Part shown: one piece after another, positions 18,053-28,084 of the stretch | How the letters are laid out: each line of letters starts with the position of its first letter | How positions within the stretch are numbered: position 1 is the stretch's first letter | DNA from: Kiritimatiellia bacterium | GTDB taxonomy: Bacteria > Verrucomicrobiota > Kiritimatiellia > RFP12 > UBA1067 | Length of the DNA: 64,000 nt | Direction of reading: 5' to 3' | NCBI GenBank assembly: GCA_045537795.1 | Contig: JAZSQE010000016.1 | Span: 16,968-80,967 of the forward strand | Made by a program: the position numbers and the translations under genes | Notes under the pieces: generated by a model | The model's input: only the letters and a program-made list of their open reading frames with translations | Databases searched by the model: none | Told to the model about the DNA's origin: nothing

Positions 18053-20263
18053 ATGAAGAAATACCCACTCGCAACTCGCACCGTTTGTGTTTTTGCTTCG
18101 GCCGTTGCTCTTTCAATAAGGGCGACAGGTGCCACGTTTACGGGACCGGGGCTTTTTACCGATCAGTCAAAATGGAGTGACGGTACGTTGCCGAAGATCA
18201 GTGAGGGAATAAATGAATTCATCAAAGGTCTTTGCGGAGCGACAAACGAGGCCGCGCGGCTTGAAGGCGGAAGATGGTTTCATCTGGGATGCAATGCTTC
18301 CGGGTGGCTGGAAGTAAAGGACTGCGATTTTTATTTTAGTGATTTCCGCCTTGGGAAAGCAGGATATACGGGTATATACAGGCAAAACGGAGGTTCTCTG
18401 TGGTTATCGAGCGACTCTACGGCACTTGGATACGAGAGCGGGTATCTAGAGGCGGGGATGATTCTCGAAAACGTCGCCGTGACTAACAAGGCGATCAAAA
18501 TCGGAAACACGGCTCCGAAGAACAACTGTCGGGGGAGCGCCTACTTATCCGCGACAAATTCGTCGTTCAAGTCGTCCGGGATAATTTCGACGGCGAATGG
18601 CGGGTGCGGCATCTTTGACGACTGCCGGATAACGGGCGGATACTTGCGCCCGAGCAACGGATCGATCGCTTTGATCGGCAGTGTGTTCACCAGCGGAAGT
18701 GACGGGGCTCTTTATCCGGGAGCGTCGGCCGGCGGCGTCGGTACGCTTGCCGTCACCAATTCCGTTTTGGATTTCGGGGAGAAAACCTATCTGGGCGGCG
18801 CCAATGGCGCCTGCGGTGAACTGGATCTGTCGGGATCGTTCTGGACGAACAAATATCAGGTGTATGTCGGAAACGTTGCAGGATCTGCAGGTGTTGTCCG
18901 CGCGGTCGATTCCACAATCAGTCTGAACAACCAGCTTGAGATCGGTTATGCGAACGAGAGTCGCGGTGAAGTCGTTTTCGGACCTGGAACGAAAGTTAAA
19001 CTCTCCAATTACTGCTATATCGGGAAAGGGTCGAATGCTGTCGGCCGTCTTGTGTTTGACGGCCTCGAGTGGGCGGATGTGTCGCATCCTTCCGGCTATC
19101 GCATCGCCGACGGATATGGTTCTGTCGGATCTATCGTGTATAAAGATATTCCCGGCGTGCGGGCTTACACGCTCGCGATCGTGTATAATTCCGGCAACAC
19201 AAACGGCTATGCGGAAACCGTCATTGACAACACGCATTATATGAATACGGCAAGTACGTACTTTGATGCAGGGAAGCGCCGGCAGCATGTCGTCGTCTGC
19301 AACGGCGCGACCTTCGATGTGTCAAGGAACGATACCGTATGGATGCCGAATGCGGCCGGTGCCAGCGCATCGTTTTTCGTGACGAATTCGCCGCTTTTCC
19401 GCCTTCAGGCGAACAAGTTGAAGCACGAGAAGGATCAAGCCCAGCTTCATCTGACGTTCCACGATTCGACGGCGCTGATCTGCACGAATTCGACATTCCT
19501 GATGGCACAGGGGGCCGGCTCTAAAGCGTCGATCACGCTTTCCGGCGCATCCTCGGTGCTGATTGATACGGTCGAGTGCTACACCGCGGGCGAGAGCGTG
19601 TTCGCGCTCAACGGCGGCACCTTGACCTTGGGCCGCGTGACCCAGGGTGCTCCCGTGTTCCAGTTCAACGGCGGTACGCTCAGGTCGAAATGGGCGACAA
19701 GTTCTTGGATTCCCGCCGCGTCCGACTGCACCGTTCTCGAGGGCGGTGCGGTTCTGGAGACCCGTCATGCGATGACGTTTCCCGCCGCTCTCGCGCACGG
19801 CGGGGAGGCCGCGAAAGACGGCGGTCTCGTGAAGAAAGGAGCCGGCACGCTGAAACTCACGGCGGCGGCGCACAGCTTTACCGGCGACATCACGGTGGAG
19901 GACGGCGTTCTCGATCTGACGGCCATTTCCGGCTGGACGCTCGCCGCGGGGCAGAAGATCGGCGGCGCGGGGACTCTCAAGGTGGCGGATGGATTCACCG
20001 CTGGCGGCATAAGTTACACCGCAGGCCAGTCGGCTCCGCTTACCGTGGACGGAGCAGTCTCTTTCGCGCCGGATTCGACCGTCGAGCTTTCGGGTGTCGA
20101 AGATGTCCCCGAGAAAAGCGGTTTCATCTTGCTTAAGGCCGATTCGATTGCCGGGGCGCAGAACATCTCCGCCCAGGGAATGCCGAAAGGTTGGACCATC
20201 CTCGTGAAGGATACGTACGTAAAGGCGGTCAGAAACACCGGTATGAGATTGATTATCAGATGA
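18053..20263 (+). CDS. Secreted beta-helical passenger-like protein with an autotransporter-associated beta-strand repeat, no beta-barrel
   Basis: AAGGAG RBS, signal peptide, Gly/Ser/Thr/Asn-rich repeats, FNGGTL, GGLVKKGAGTLKLTAAAHSFTGDITVEDGVL; ends GMRLIIR. Confidence 0.82.
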   Translation: MKKYPLATRTVCVFASAVALSIRATGATFTGPGLFTDQSKWSDGTLPKISEGINEFIKGLCGATNEAARLEGGRWFHLGCNASGWLEVKDCDFYFSDFRLGKAGYTGIYRQNGGSLWLSSDSTALGYESGYLEAGMILENVAVTNKAIKIGNTAPKNNCRGSAYLSATNSSFKSSGIISTANGGCGIFDDCRITGGYLRPSNGSIALIGSVFTSGSDGALYPGASAGGVGTLAVTNSVLDFGEKTYLGGANGACGELDLSGSFWTNKYQVYVGNVAGSAGVVRAVDSTISLNNQLEIGYANESRGEVVFGPGTKVKLSNYCYIGKGSNAVGRLVFDGLEWADVSHPSGYRIADGYGSVGSIVYKDIPGVRAYTLAIVYNSGNTNGYAETVIDNTHYMNTASTYFDAGKRRQHVVVCNGATFDVSRNDTVWMPNAAGASASFFVTNSPLFRLQANKLKHEKDQAQLHLTFHDSTALICTNSTFLMAQGAGSKASITLSGASSVLIDTVECYTAGESVFALNGGTLTLGRVTQGAPVFQFNGGTLRSKWATSSWIPAASDCTVLEGGAVLETRHAMTFPAALAHGGEAAKDGGLVKKGAGTLKLTAAAHSFTGDITVEDGVLDLTAISGWTLAAGQKIGGAGTLKVADGFTAGGISYTAGQSAPLTVDGAVSFAPDSTVELSGVEDVPEKSGFILLKADSIAGAQNISAQGMPKGWTILVKDTYVKAVRNTGMRLIIR

Positions 20264-20282
20264 AGAAATGCGGGAGCTAACC

Positions 20283-22940
20283 ATGAAGGTTTTGTCTTTT
20301 TGTCTTTTTGGCGCGCTTTGCGCATATAGAGTCGCAGGTGCGGAATTTCCGCTTGGAGATTTCACGACGCAACCCTTCAAATACAGCAAACTGCATCTTC
20401 AGGGAATAGCGTGCGACGAGACGGGGATTTATTATGGTTTTGCGGATGGCGTCACTAAAACCGATTGGACGGGCAAGGTTTTGGCGCAGGGTGCGAGTGT
20501 CTATGGTTCGTCCGGTCATATCGGTGACGTGTGTCTTCATAACGGACTTCTCTATGCGACGAGTTGGCGGACCAAGCCGGGAACGGCGAAACCCGGCGGC
20601 GCGCCGGGATCTGAGAATTCCGGCAGAGAAGGACTGATACAGGTTTTCAATTCCGCCGATCTTGTGATGGTTCCGGAGAAAAACAGAGTATTGCCGTATT
20701 CGACGGACGGGATCGAATTTTACGACGGGGCGTTTTGGATCGGACTGCCATATTCGGGGCCTTATCCGCATACTAATATGACAATCGCGGTATGGAACGA
20801 GGATTTTTCCAAAGAGCTTTCTCGTCCCGTGCATTATTCGGACGGCACAAAACTCCTTTATACTATGCAGACTCTCGCTGAGATGGACGGCCTTCTCTGG
20901 CATGGTTGCTATGTCGACGAGAATTGGTACAGGGCCAGGAAACTTCCGGTGCCTGCGAACAGGACGTATCTAACGGACAAGATGGGGAATATCGTCTACG
21001 CGACATCCGTCTGGACGGCCACGGGAATCGCCATGGTGCCCGAATCGCTTTCCCGTGGTCGCCGGCTTATCATTACCGCTGGTGACGCGAAGTCGGGGGG
21101 AGCCCGTGTGGATGTCCGCTTTTGGGAATGGCTCAACGGAGAGCTTGTTCCCTACAGGCCGGTAAATTCGTTTTCCGGCGCGAGCGATCTGTTTTTCCTT
21201 TGTGAATCCTCGGCATACGGACTGACCCGTGACGATGAATGGCAGCTTGGTCTCAAATACCGTGTCGGGCGGCCAGAGACAATATGCTCGACACTCGCAG
21301 ACTCCATGCGCTGCGTGCGCAATGGATGCCTTGACGGATTCGCGGCGCGCACGGTCGCGTTGGCGGCGGGGGCTGCGGATGTGTCCGACGTCGCGCATGA
21401 CGCTCTCGTCGCGCGAATGGAGGATCTTGTCCGGCTCGTACGCGCGAAGCAGCCGTCGGCGAACATTCTCCTTGCCTCCGTCGCGGCCAATGATGACATC
21501 AGAGGCACACGACGCTTGAACCGGCGGCTCTACGCCCTCGCAAAAAAACACGGAGCGGACTTCATTGATTGCGTGCCGGATGAACTCTTCGCATACTGCG
21601 AGTCGCGCTCGCGCATACGTTACGGACGCTGGTTGAACAGTTATCACGATGCCATTGTGTATAAAATCGGCCTCAAAGGAAAGCATCTCAAAAAGCCTTA
21701 CACGACGATGGACGAGGCTATGGGGATCATTTCCAAAGTGCGCGATTATTCCGGCGGTATGCGTCAGATCGTCTATCTTTGCGGCTGGCAGTTTGATGGA
21801 CATGATTCGAAATATCCGTCGTGGTCGCAGGTCGGTGAGCATGTGGATTACGCCGAAGAGAAAACGCCGCTTCTCGCGCTTAGGCGTTTCATCCGCGATG
21901 CACGCTCCCTTGGCGCCGACGTTTCGCTGCATGTCAACATGAACGATGCCTACACGAACGCCCCCGACTGGAAGGCGTACGCGGATGCGGATGCGATATG
22001 CCGGATGAAAGACGGTTCTCTGCAGCCGTATCAAGTGTTCGACGGAGAACAGAGTTATCAGATCAACCATGAGAAAGAATGGAATAGCGGGCTCGCGCGC
22101 AAGCGCATAGACGCGCTTCTTGATATGATTCCGGAATTGCTCGAGTCGAAGACGATACACATCGATGCCTTTTTCGGAGACGCTTCGCCGTATCACGGGC
22201 TCGGATACAAGGATGATATGAAGTGGTGCGATAGAATCGTCGATTACTGGCGAGAGAAGGGAATGGACGTTACCACAGAGCTGTTGAGCGACGTGGATCA
22301 GATTGGATATTTTCCGATGGTCTACCACCATAATATCGACGAGCGCCACCGTGTCGCGGTAGATCAGCGCGTCCTGTGCGGCGGCGACGGCGAATGGAGC
22401 GTGCGTAATATGAATTTCTATTCGTTCGATGATGCCTGGAAAGCGCGCACTCCAGACGCCGGCGTGGTTTATCCGGAAGCGTGGGGAGAAGGTCATTTTG
22501 CGGATATACGCAGACATCGCATGGCGGACGACGAGACGTTTCTTTCGAAACTCGTGCGTACGACGATGTTGAACGCTTGGTACAACAAGTTCCGCCCCGT
22601 CCGGCATACCGTCGATGCCGCTGTCTATCGTGTCGAATGGACGATGGATGTTCTTTCCGAGGTGCGGTTGTCGAATCGTCGGCTGACCGTGACGCAGCGG
22701 GGCCGGACGGTGGTGGAGAACGGGAATTATTTTCTCGATTATCCCGACGGAAAACTCGTCGTGTATTCGACGGACGGCGGTCGTTTGACGTTTATGCTGC
22801 CGCCGCTCCTGCAGTCGGAGCGTGTTTTTCGCGGTCGTACGTGGCCGTCGGGGAAAAGCGTGCAGGCGGATAGTGAAGCGGGCCGGCTGACGCTTGAACT
22901 CCGAAAGGGGACGGCGGTCGTGCTTTTTCCCGAGGAATGA
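20283..22940 (+). CDS. Multidomain secreted protein with a C-terminal endo-alpha-N-acetylgalactosaminidase-like (GH101-like) domain
   Basis: Signal peptide; HLQGIA..HIGD N-terminal beta-rich module; SGNH-like middle (LVRAKQPSANILL); YLCGWQFDGHDSKYP, VSLHVNMNDAY, TIHIDAF. Confidence 0.7.
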   Translation: MKVLSFCLFGALCAYRVAGAEFPLGDFTTQPFKYSKLHLQGIACDETGIYYGFADGVTKTDWTGKVLAQGASVYGSSGHIGDVCLHNGLLYATSWRTKPGTAKPGGAPGSENSGREGLIQVFNSADLVMVPEKNRVLPYSTDGIEFYDGAFWIGLPYSGPYPHTNMTIAVWNEDFSKELSRPVHYSDGTKLLYTMQTLAEMDGLLWHGCYVDENWYRARKLPVPANRTYLTDKMGNIVYATSVWTATGIAMVPESLSRGRRLIITAGDAKSGGARVDVRFWEWLNGELVPYRPVNSFSGASDLFFLCESSAYGLTRDDEWQLGLKYRVGRPETICSTLADSMRCVRNGCLDGFAARTVALAAGAADVSDVAHDALVARMEDLVRLVRAKQPSANILLASVAANDDIRGTRRLNRRLYALAKKHGADFIDCVPDELFAYCESRSRIRYGRWLNSYHDAIVYKIGLKGKHLKKPYTTMDEAMGIISKVRDYSGGMRQIVYLCGWQFDGHDSKYPSWSQVGEHVDYAEEKTPLLALRRFIRDARSLGADVSLHVNMNDAYTNAPDWKAYADADAICRMKDGSLQPYQVFDGEQSYQINHEKEWNSGLARKRIDALLDMIPELLESKTIHIDAFFGDASPYHGLGYKDDMKWCDRIVDYWREKGMDVTTELLSDVDQIGYFPMVYHHNIDERHRVAVDQRVLCGGDGEWSVRNMNFYSFDDAWKARTPDAGVVYPEAWGEGHFADIRRHRMADDETFLSKLVRTTMLNAWYNKFRPVRHTVDAAVYRVEWTMDVLSEVRLSNRRLTVTQRGRTVVENGNYFLDYPDGKLVVYSTDGGRLTFMLPPLLQSERVFRGRTWPSGKSVQADSEAGRLTLELRKGTAVVLFPEE

Positions 22941-22964
22941 CGCTTGCGAAAGGGAAATGCCAGA

Positions 22965-23975
22965 ATGAACAGACGGGAATTTGTGACACTCGGCACAGCC
23001 AGTGCATTCGTCGGTGCGGCGGGAGCCTCTGCGGAAAAAGCACTCCGGCCGCGTCCGTGCGATGCGTTCGATGCCGCGGTCGCGACGATCGACGCCACCA
23101 CCCCGGGCGATGAGGTCGCGCGCAAGGATGCGTTGGCCGTGATACAACGCGAGATAGCGGCGATGGGGCGCAAGGAACCATATAATGCGTTTCTGCGCGG
23201 CGGGCTTGCGCTCCCTGCGGAAGAGGTGGCTGCCATTCACGCCGCTTATCCACCGCTCAAATGGTACGATCATGCGTTTGATAAGGTTCTCCGAGAGTTT
23301 CAGGAGACGAAAGTTGACGGGGATATTCCGGCTGTGTGGTATGTCTACAACATGGGTATCGTTGTCAAAACGGCCGAAAGCGCGTTTTCTATTGATCTCT
23401 GCCACCGCAAAGCGCCGCATTTTGCACCGTTTCTCGATTTCGCGCTGATTACCCATAATCACGGCGATCATTTCACGCAGGCGTTCGTCTCGGCGATGGG
23501 GCGAGCAAAGAAGCCCGTGATGAGCAATTTCATCTTGATGTGGGACAGTTACAGCCGGCTTGAACGGGAGACGAAAAAATTCAAGAATGTTACCGTCACC
23601 GGCATTGCGGCCGATCACAACAAACATCTCCCCAAGGCGGTGACATGTTTCGAATGCCGGATGCCGAAGCGCGATGGAGGCGAATTCACGCTTTTCCATT
23701 CTGGCGACTGCTGCAGAGCCGACCACCTCGCTCCGTCGGTGAAGGAGCCGGACATTTATTTCGGGCATTGCGCCATAGGTCTGGATTTCAAGACGGCGTG
23801 GAAAACGACGATGCCCGCGAAACTGATGGTGCCTCTCCACCATCAGGAACTCGGGCATCTCGGCGGCCCGTGGAGGTGTGTTGGATTTGATCAGGAGCCG
23901 CGACATGTAATCGATGCGCTGCGTCCGTTAGGAGCGCGTGTCATGATGCCGGTGTGGGGCGACAGGATCGTGTGA
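22965..23975 (+). CDS. Tat-exported MBL-fold metallo-hydrolase
   Basis: MNRREFVTLG twin-arginine signal; THNHGDH (HxHxDH); FHSGD; PLHH. Confidence 0.85.
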   Translation: MNRREFVTLGTASAFVGAAGASAEKALRPRPCDAFDAAVATIDATTPGDEVARKDALAVIQREIAAMGRKEPYNAFLRGGLALPAEEVAAIHAAYPPLKWYDHAFDKVLREFQETKVDGDIPAVWYVYNMGIVVKTAESAFSIDLCHRKAPHFAPFLDFALITHNHGDHFTQAFVSAMGRAKKPVMSNFILMWDSYSRLERETKKFKNVTVTGIAADHNKHLPKAVTCFECRMPKRDGGEFTLFHSGDCCRADHLAPSVKEPDIYFGHCAIGLDFKTAWKTTMPAKLMVPLHHQELGHLGGPWRCVGFDQEPRHVIDALRPLGARVMMPVWGDRIV

Positions 23976-23976
23976 T

Positions 23977-26900
23977 ATGACGCTCTGTGCACTTTTGCTG
24001 GCGACGCTCGTTCCGGGCGTCAAGATTAACGGCGTCTGGCATGATTCCCGCTTGGCGGACGCGAACGGGCTCGTTCTGTCGGAAGCCGACGGACGTGTCA
24101 TCCTTGAAAACCGAAGTTCCCGATCTGTGCGCCTGCAGGAACTGGGGTGGCGCAAAGAGGCGCGGGACGAATTCGATGTCGCGGGGCTGAAAGTCTATCT
24201 CGAAGGCTGGCAGATGGCTTCTCCGTGCGGCGTCAGGGGGTTTGATGACGAACCATTCGATTATTCCGCGGAGTATCTTCATAATTGCATCTCCACTCCT
24301 TCGGATTTCCGTCCCGGTGAACGAGGGCGATTCCTCTCCGATCATCAGTGTTGTTTTCGCAGACCGGACGGGAGGATGAGGCTGTATGGTTTTACCACTG
24401 GAAAAGATATGTTTGGACATTTCCGCATGAAGCTCGATAAGGATGGTGTTCGCGAGTTTTACGCTCTTTCGGCATGCGACGGGGCTGTGCTTTCTCCCGG
24501 TGGCAGAATCGTGTCCGAACGCCTTGTAACGATGGAGGGGGTCGACACGGAGGAGCTGTTCGGCCGTTTCGCCGACCGCTGGGCGGCCGACTCCGGCGCT
24601 CGCCGCTGTTTTGCGCCGCCCGTCGGCTGGTGCAGTTGGTACTATTATTTCGACAAGGTTGCGTTGTCGGATGTTCTGGAAAACGCCGATTGGCTGAGGG
24701 AGCACCGTGCGGACGGATTTGAGAGCGTCAAAGTCATTCAGCTGGACGATGGTTATCAGACGGCGCTTGGAGATTGGTTGTCGACGAACGAAAAGTTTCC
24801 TGGCGGATTGCGGCGTTTCGCAGCCGAGGTGAAAGCTCGCGGTTTCATTCCTGCTGTATGGGTCGGGCCTTTCATGGCAGAGGAGAATTCCCGTCTTTTC
24901 GCGGAGCATCCAGACTGGATGGTCAAGGGGCCTGACGGCAGGCCGTTTTCTCCTCTCGGTTGGAGAAAGAACCATAAGGTGTATGCGCTGGACGGCACCA
25001 ACCCGGCGGTGCAGGATCATCTACGCACCTTGTTCAGAACCCTGAGGGGCTACGGCATAGATTACGTGAAACTTGATTTCTGCATGATTGCCTCATCTGT
25101 GCGGGGAGCGCGTTATCACGATTCTTCCGCTACGCGTGCGCAGGCTCTCCGCCGCGCGTTCGAGGCGATCCGCGAAGGCTTTGGCGAAGACGGTTTCATT
25201 CTCGGCTGCACGGCGCCGTTCGGTCCTCTTGTCGGAATAGTAGACGCGATGCGCTCTTCAACGGATATTACTCCGTATTGGGCGCCGGAGGGGAAGTGGC
25301 ATGCCGAAGCCCCGACTGTGCCGAACGTCTGCCGCAACATCATCAGCCACAATTACATGAATGGACGGCTTTGGATCAATGATCCAGATACGCTTATCGT
25401 CAGGGACGATGCGACAAAACTCGTGAAAAACGAAGTCGAGCTATGGGCCGAGGCCGTCGCGCGGGTAGGAGGGTCGCTTATGCTGTCGGACCGTTTTTCG
25501 ACTCTTTCGCAGGAACGTCTGTCTCTCGCCAGAAAAGTCGTCGATAGGATGGGTGCGTATATTGGGACTTTTCCGGCCGACCGCTGGGAACGAACGGTTC
25601 CTGCCGTGTGGCGTTCCGTGCGTGACGGCCGCCGCACGGACGCGATATTCGATTTCGACAAAACGCATACCGTGAACGTTTCGGTAACGAAAGGATATTG
25701 GCGCGAAGAGGCGGGTATACGCAAATATGCGGTTGGTCGCGATCCGGCGACAAGCGAGGCGGAGTCGAAGTCTGCGTATGAAAGACCCGTCGGCGGAAAG
25801 GTTTGGAAAATAACTTCCTCAATGACGCTTGACGACGTGAACGCACTGAACGTTCTGCCTGGGGACAAGGTGCTTTTCGAGAGGGGGAACGTTTGGCGAG
25901 GACAGCTTCAGCCGCGTTCGGGAAAGCCCGGTCACCCGGTTATGTACGGCGCCTGCGGAGAAGGTCCGAAACCCGTGATACAGTCAAGTTATCCGCGGAG
26001 CCGTCCGCGTGACTGGAGAAGAGCGCAAGATTGCGGAAAAAACGTGTGGATGACGCAAAGCGATGTCGCGACAGATGTCGGCAACGTTGTCCTCGTAAAA
26101 CGCGGCGGCCGTGTCGTGTGCGCGTTCAGAATGGCGAAGAAAGACGATCTCTCCGCCGATCTCGATTATTGGTACGATCCCGTCACGTATGCGGTGTATC
26201 TAGTATCGAAAGAAAATCCGGCCAGGCGCTTCGAGTCAATAGAATTGTGCGAAAAAGCCCATTGCGTTGAACATGCGAAAATGCACGATGTCGTTTATGA
26301 CGGGCTTGCTTTCAGGTATTCGGCGGCTCACGGCATTGGCGGCGATGGCGTCAAACGCATCACGATCAAGAATTGCGATATTTCGTACATAGGAGGAGGG
26401 TATCTTTATTTCGACAAGAAAGGCAACGGTGTTCGCTACGGAAACGGCATAGAGTTGTGGGCGGATTGCGAGGACGTGCTCGTCGTGTCAAACAATGTCT
26501 GGGAATGTTGGGACGCGGCGCTCACGAACCAGTCAAACGAGGATGGCGTCGTACAGCGCAATATCGTATGGCGCGGCAATGAGGTCCGCAACTGCGAATA
26601 TTCGTACGAATACTGGCAGCAAGGTGAACGCGCCCGCACTGAGAACGTTATTGTTGAGAATAACTGTTTCTACGATGCGGGCAAGGGCTGGGGACACCGT
26701 CAGCGTTGGAATCCGAACGCGGCGCATCTTATGTTCTACGATTCGACAGCGCATACCGAGGGTTTTGTAATACGGAACAATCTTTTTTCGCGGTCGGAAA
26801 ACACTGTGTTTAGGCTCTTCAACGACATGCTGGAAAGCCTCGTCTTCTACGGGAACGAATGGGTCGCCGGGAGGGGAACGTTGTGTCGTTTCCACGGGAG

Positions 26901-27054
26901 ACCGACGAAAAATCTCCTTTATCACTATCCCGACAGACTCGATCAGATGCACGATGACAATCTCGCGGAAATAGAATCGCAAACCGTTGCGCGTCCGCGT
27001 GTTTTCGCATCCTGGCAGATCGCGGAATTCAAGCGGTTCATAAACTCCCGGTAA
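23977..27054 (+). CDS. GH36-type alpha-galactosidase fused to a right-handed beta-helix domain
   Basis: GWCSWYYYF, QLDDGYQ, KFPGG, YVKLDF, WINDPD (GH36); then LPGDKVLFERGNVWRGQL, RYGNGIELW and parallel beta-helix repeats. Confidence 0.85.
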   Translation: MTLCALLLATLVPGVKINGVWHDSRLADANGLVLSEADGRVILENRSSRSVRLQELGWRKEARDEFDVAGLKVYLEGWQMASPCGVRGFDDEPFDYSAEYLHNCISTPSDFRPGERGRFLSDHQCCFRRPDGRMRLYGFTTGKDMFGHFRMKLDKDGVREFYALSACDGAVLSPGGRIVSERLVTMEGVDTEELFGRFADRWAADSGARRCFAPPVGWCSWYYYFDKVALSDVLENADWLREHRADGFESVKVIQLDDGYQTALGDWLSTNEKFPGGLRRFAAEVKARGFIPAVWVGPFMAEENSRLFAEHPDWMVKGPDGRPFSPLGWRKNHKVYALDGTNPAVQDHLRTLFRTLRGYGIDYVKLDFCMIASSVRGARYHDSSATRAQALRRAFEAIREGFGEDGFILGCTAPFGPLVGIVDAMRSSTDITPYWAPEGKWHAEAPTVPNVCRNIISHNYMNGRLWINDPDTLIVRDDATKLVKNEVELWAEAVARVGGSLMLSDRFSTLSQERLSLARKVVDRMGAYIGTFPADRWERTVPAVWRSVRDGRRTDAIFDFDKTHTVNVSVTKGYWREEAGIRKYAVGRDPATSEAESKSAYERPVGGKVWKITSSMTLDDVNALNVLPGDKVLFERGNVWRGQLQPRSGKPGHPVMYGACGEGPKPVIQSSYPRSRPRDWRRAQDCGKNVWMTQSDVATDVGNVVLVKRGGRVVCAFRMAKKDDLSADLDYWYDPVTYAVYLVSKENPARRFESIELCEKAHCVEHAKMHDVVYDGLAFRYSAAHGIGGDGVKRITIKNCDISYIGGGYLYFDKKGNGVRYGNGIELWADCEDVLVVSNNVWECWDAALTNQSNEDGVVQRNIVWRGNEVRNCEYSYEYWQQGERARTENVIVENNCFYDAGKGWGHRQRWNPNAAHLMFYDSTAHTEGFVIRNNLFSRSENTVFRLFNDMLESLVFYGNEWVAGRGTLCRFHGRPTKNLLYHYPDRLDQMHDDNLAEIESQTVARPRVFASWQIAEFKRFINSR

Positions 27055-27200
27055 CGCCTGCATCTCTTTTCCGTCTCTCGGATGAAGCGCGAAGAATGAT
27101 TTTTTTTCGAGACGGACGTTTTTTTCATCCGTTTACATTCGCTTAACAATCGGATGTTACAATTCGCGGTGAAAACTCAACACGACAAGGAGGAAAAACC

Positions 27201-28055
27201 ATGAACAAAAAGAAAACGTCCGTTATACTGTTCGCCGGTTTTGCGACAGCCTTCGCCTTTGCGCTGGCCGCCGTCGGTTCGTCGGCGCAGGCCAAGGACC
27301 GCTCGTCCAAGACGGCGCAGTCGTCCGTCACCACAAACGAGAACGGCTCCGTGAGCCGCACGTTCGTCGAGTCGACGCTTTCCACCAACGGCAACATGGT
27401 TACGGAGCACCGTCGCGAAACGCGCACCACCATGGATATGACGGGCAACGTTCTCGAGACGTCCACGAGCGAATACACGCAGACCTATCCCGCAGGCAGT
27501 TTCTTCGATACCCCGGCGCGCGAGATCGCGGGGATGGACAAAAAAGAGCCCGTCAAGACGGATTCTTTCCTGTCGCTCAAATTCGGGGAAAAGTTCTCTT
27601 CCACGAATTTCGTGGCGGAGGCGGGCGAGAGTTCGTTTCTGCGCGCGAAGTTCACACCTTCGAAGCCTCTCGCGGGGTTCGACGACTACTACGTCTACGT
27701 TACCCCGAAAACGCACCGCGTGGCGAAGATTTACGCGTGCGCGAAAAAAGCCGTAGACCCGGGCGTAAGCTGGAGGCGTCACTATCTCATCGAAGCGCTC
27801 GAGAAACGTTACCGCACTTGGGCGAGGCTTTGCAGCTACAGCCGTCCCGCGTACACATTCGATCTCGGCGATTCGCGCCACGTGACGGCGTGTCTCGACA
27901 GAGCGTCGACGGATTATCCGACGATCATCGCCGCGTGGGACGACGCCGTATGCGAGGAGGCTTCGCGCGAGCGCGAAAAACTCGACGAGGAAGAGCGCCG
28001 TAAAGAGGTCGAAAAGAGACTGCTTCGCGTAGAGGCCGCGTCCGATGCGTTTTGA
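27201..28055 (+). CDS. Hypothetical exported protein
   Basis: AAGGAGG RBS, signal peptide, Ser/Thr-rich N-terminal region; extended -10 TGTTACAAT at 27155-27163. Confidence 0.75.
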   Translation: MNKKKTSVILFAGFATAFAFALAAVGSSAQAKDRSSKTAQSSVTTNENGSVSRTFVESTLSTNGNMVTEHRRETRTTMDMTGNVLETSTSEYTQTYPAGSFFDTPAREIAGMDKKEPVKTDSFLSLKFGEKFSSTNFVAEAGESSFLRAKFTPSKPLAGFDDYYVYVTPKTHRVAKIYACAKKAVDPGVSWRRHYLIEALEKRYRTWARLCSYSRPAYTFDLGDSRHVTACLDRASTDYPTIIAAWDDAVCEEASREREKLDEEERRKEVEKRLLRVEAASDAF

Positions 28056-28075
28056 GGCGGATATACGGTTTTTTA

Positions 28076-28084
28076 TGATATAAT
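28076..28084 (+). promoter_or_regulatory. Extended -10 promoter (TGATATAAT) of the GldA/F/G-like operon
   Basis: Exact motif in the intergenic region. Confidence 0.6.

Noticed and set aside
20970-23906. 978-aa minus-strand ORF
   Set aside because: Lies antisense to two well-supported genes; Arg/His-rich shadow composition with no domain signal.
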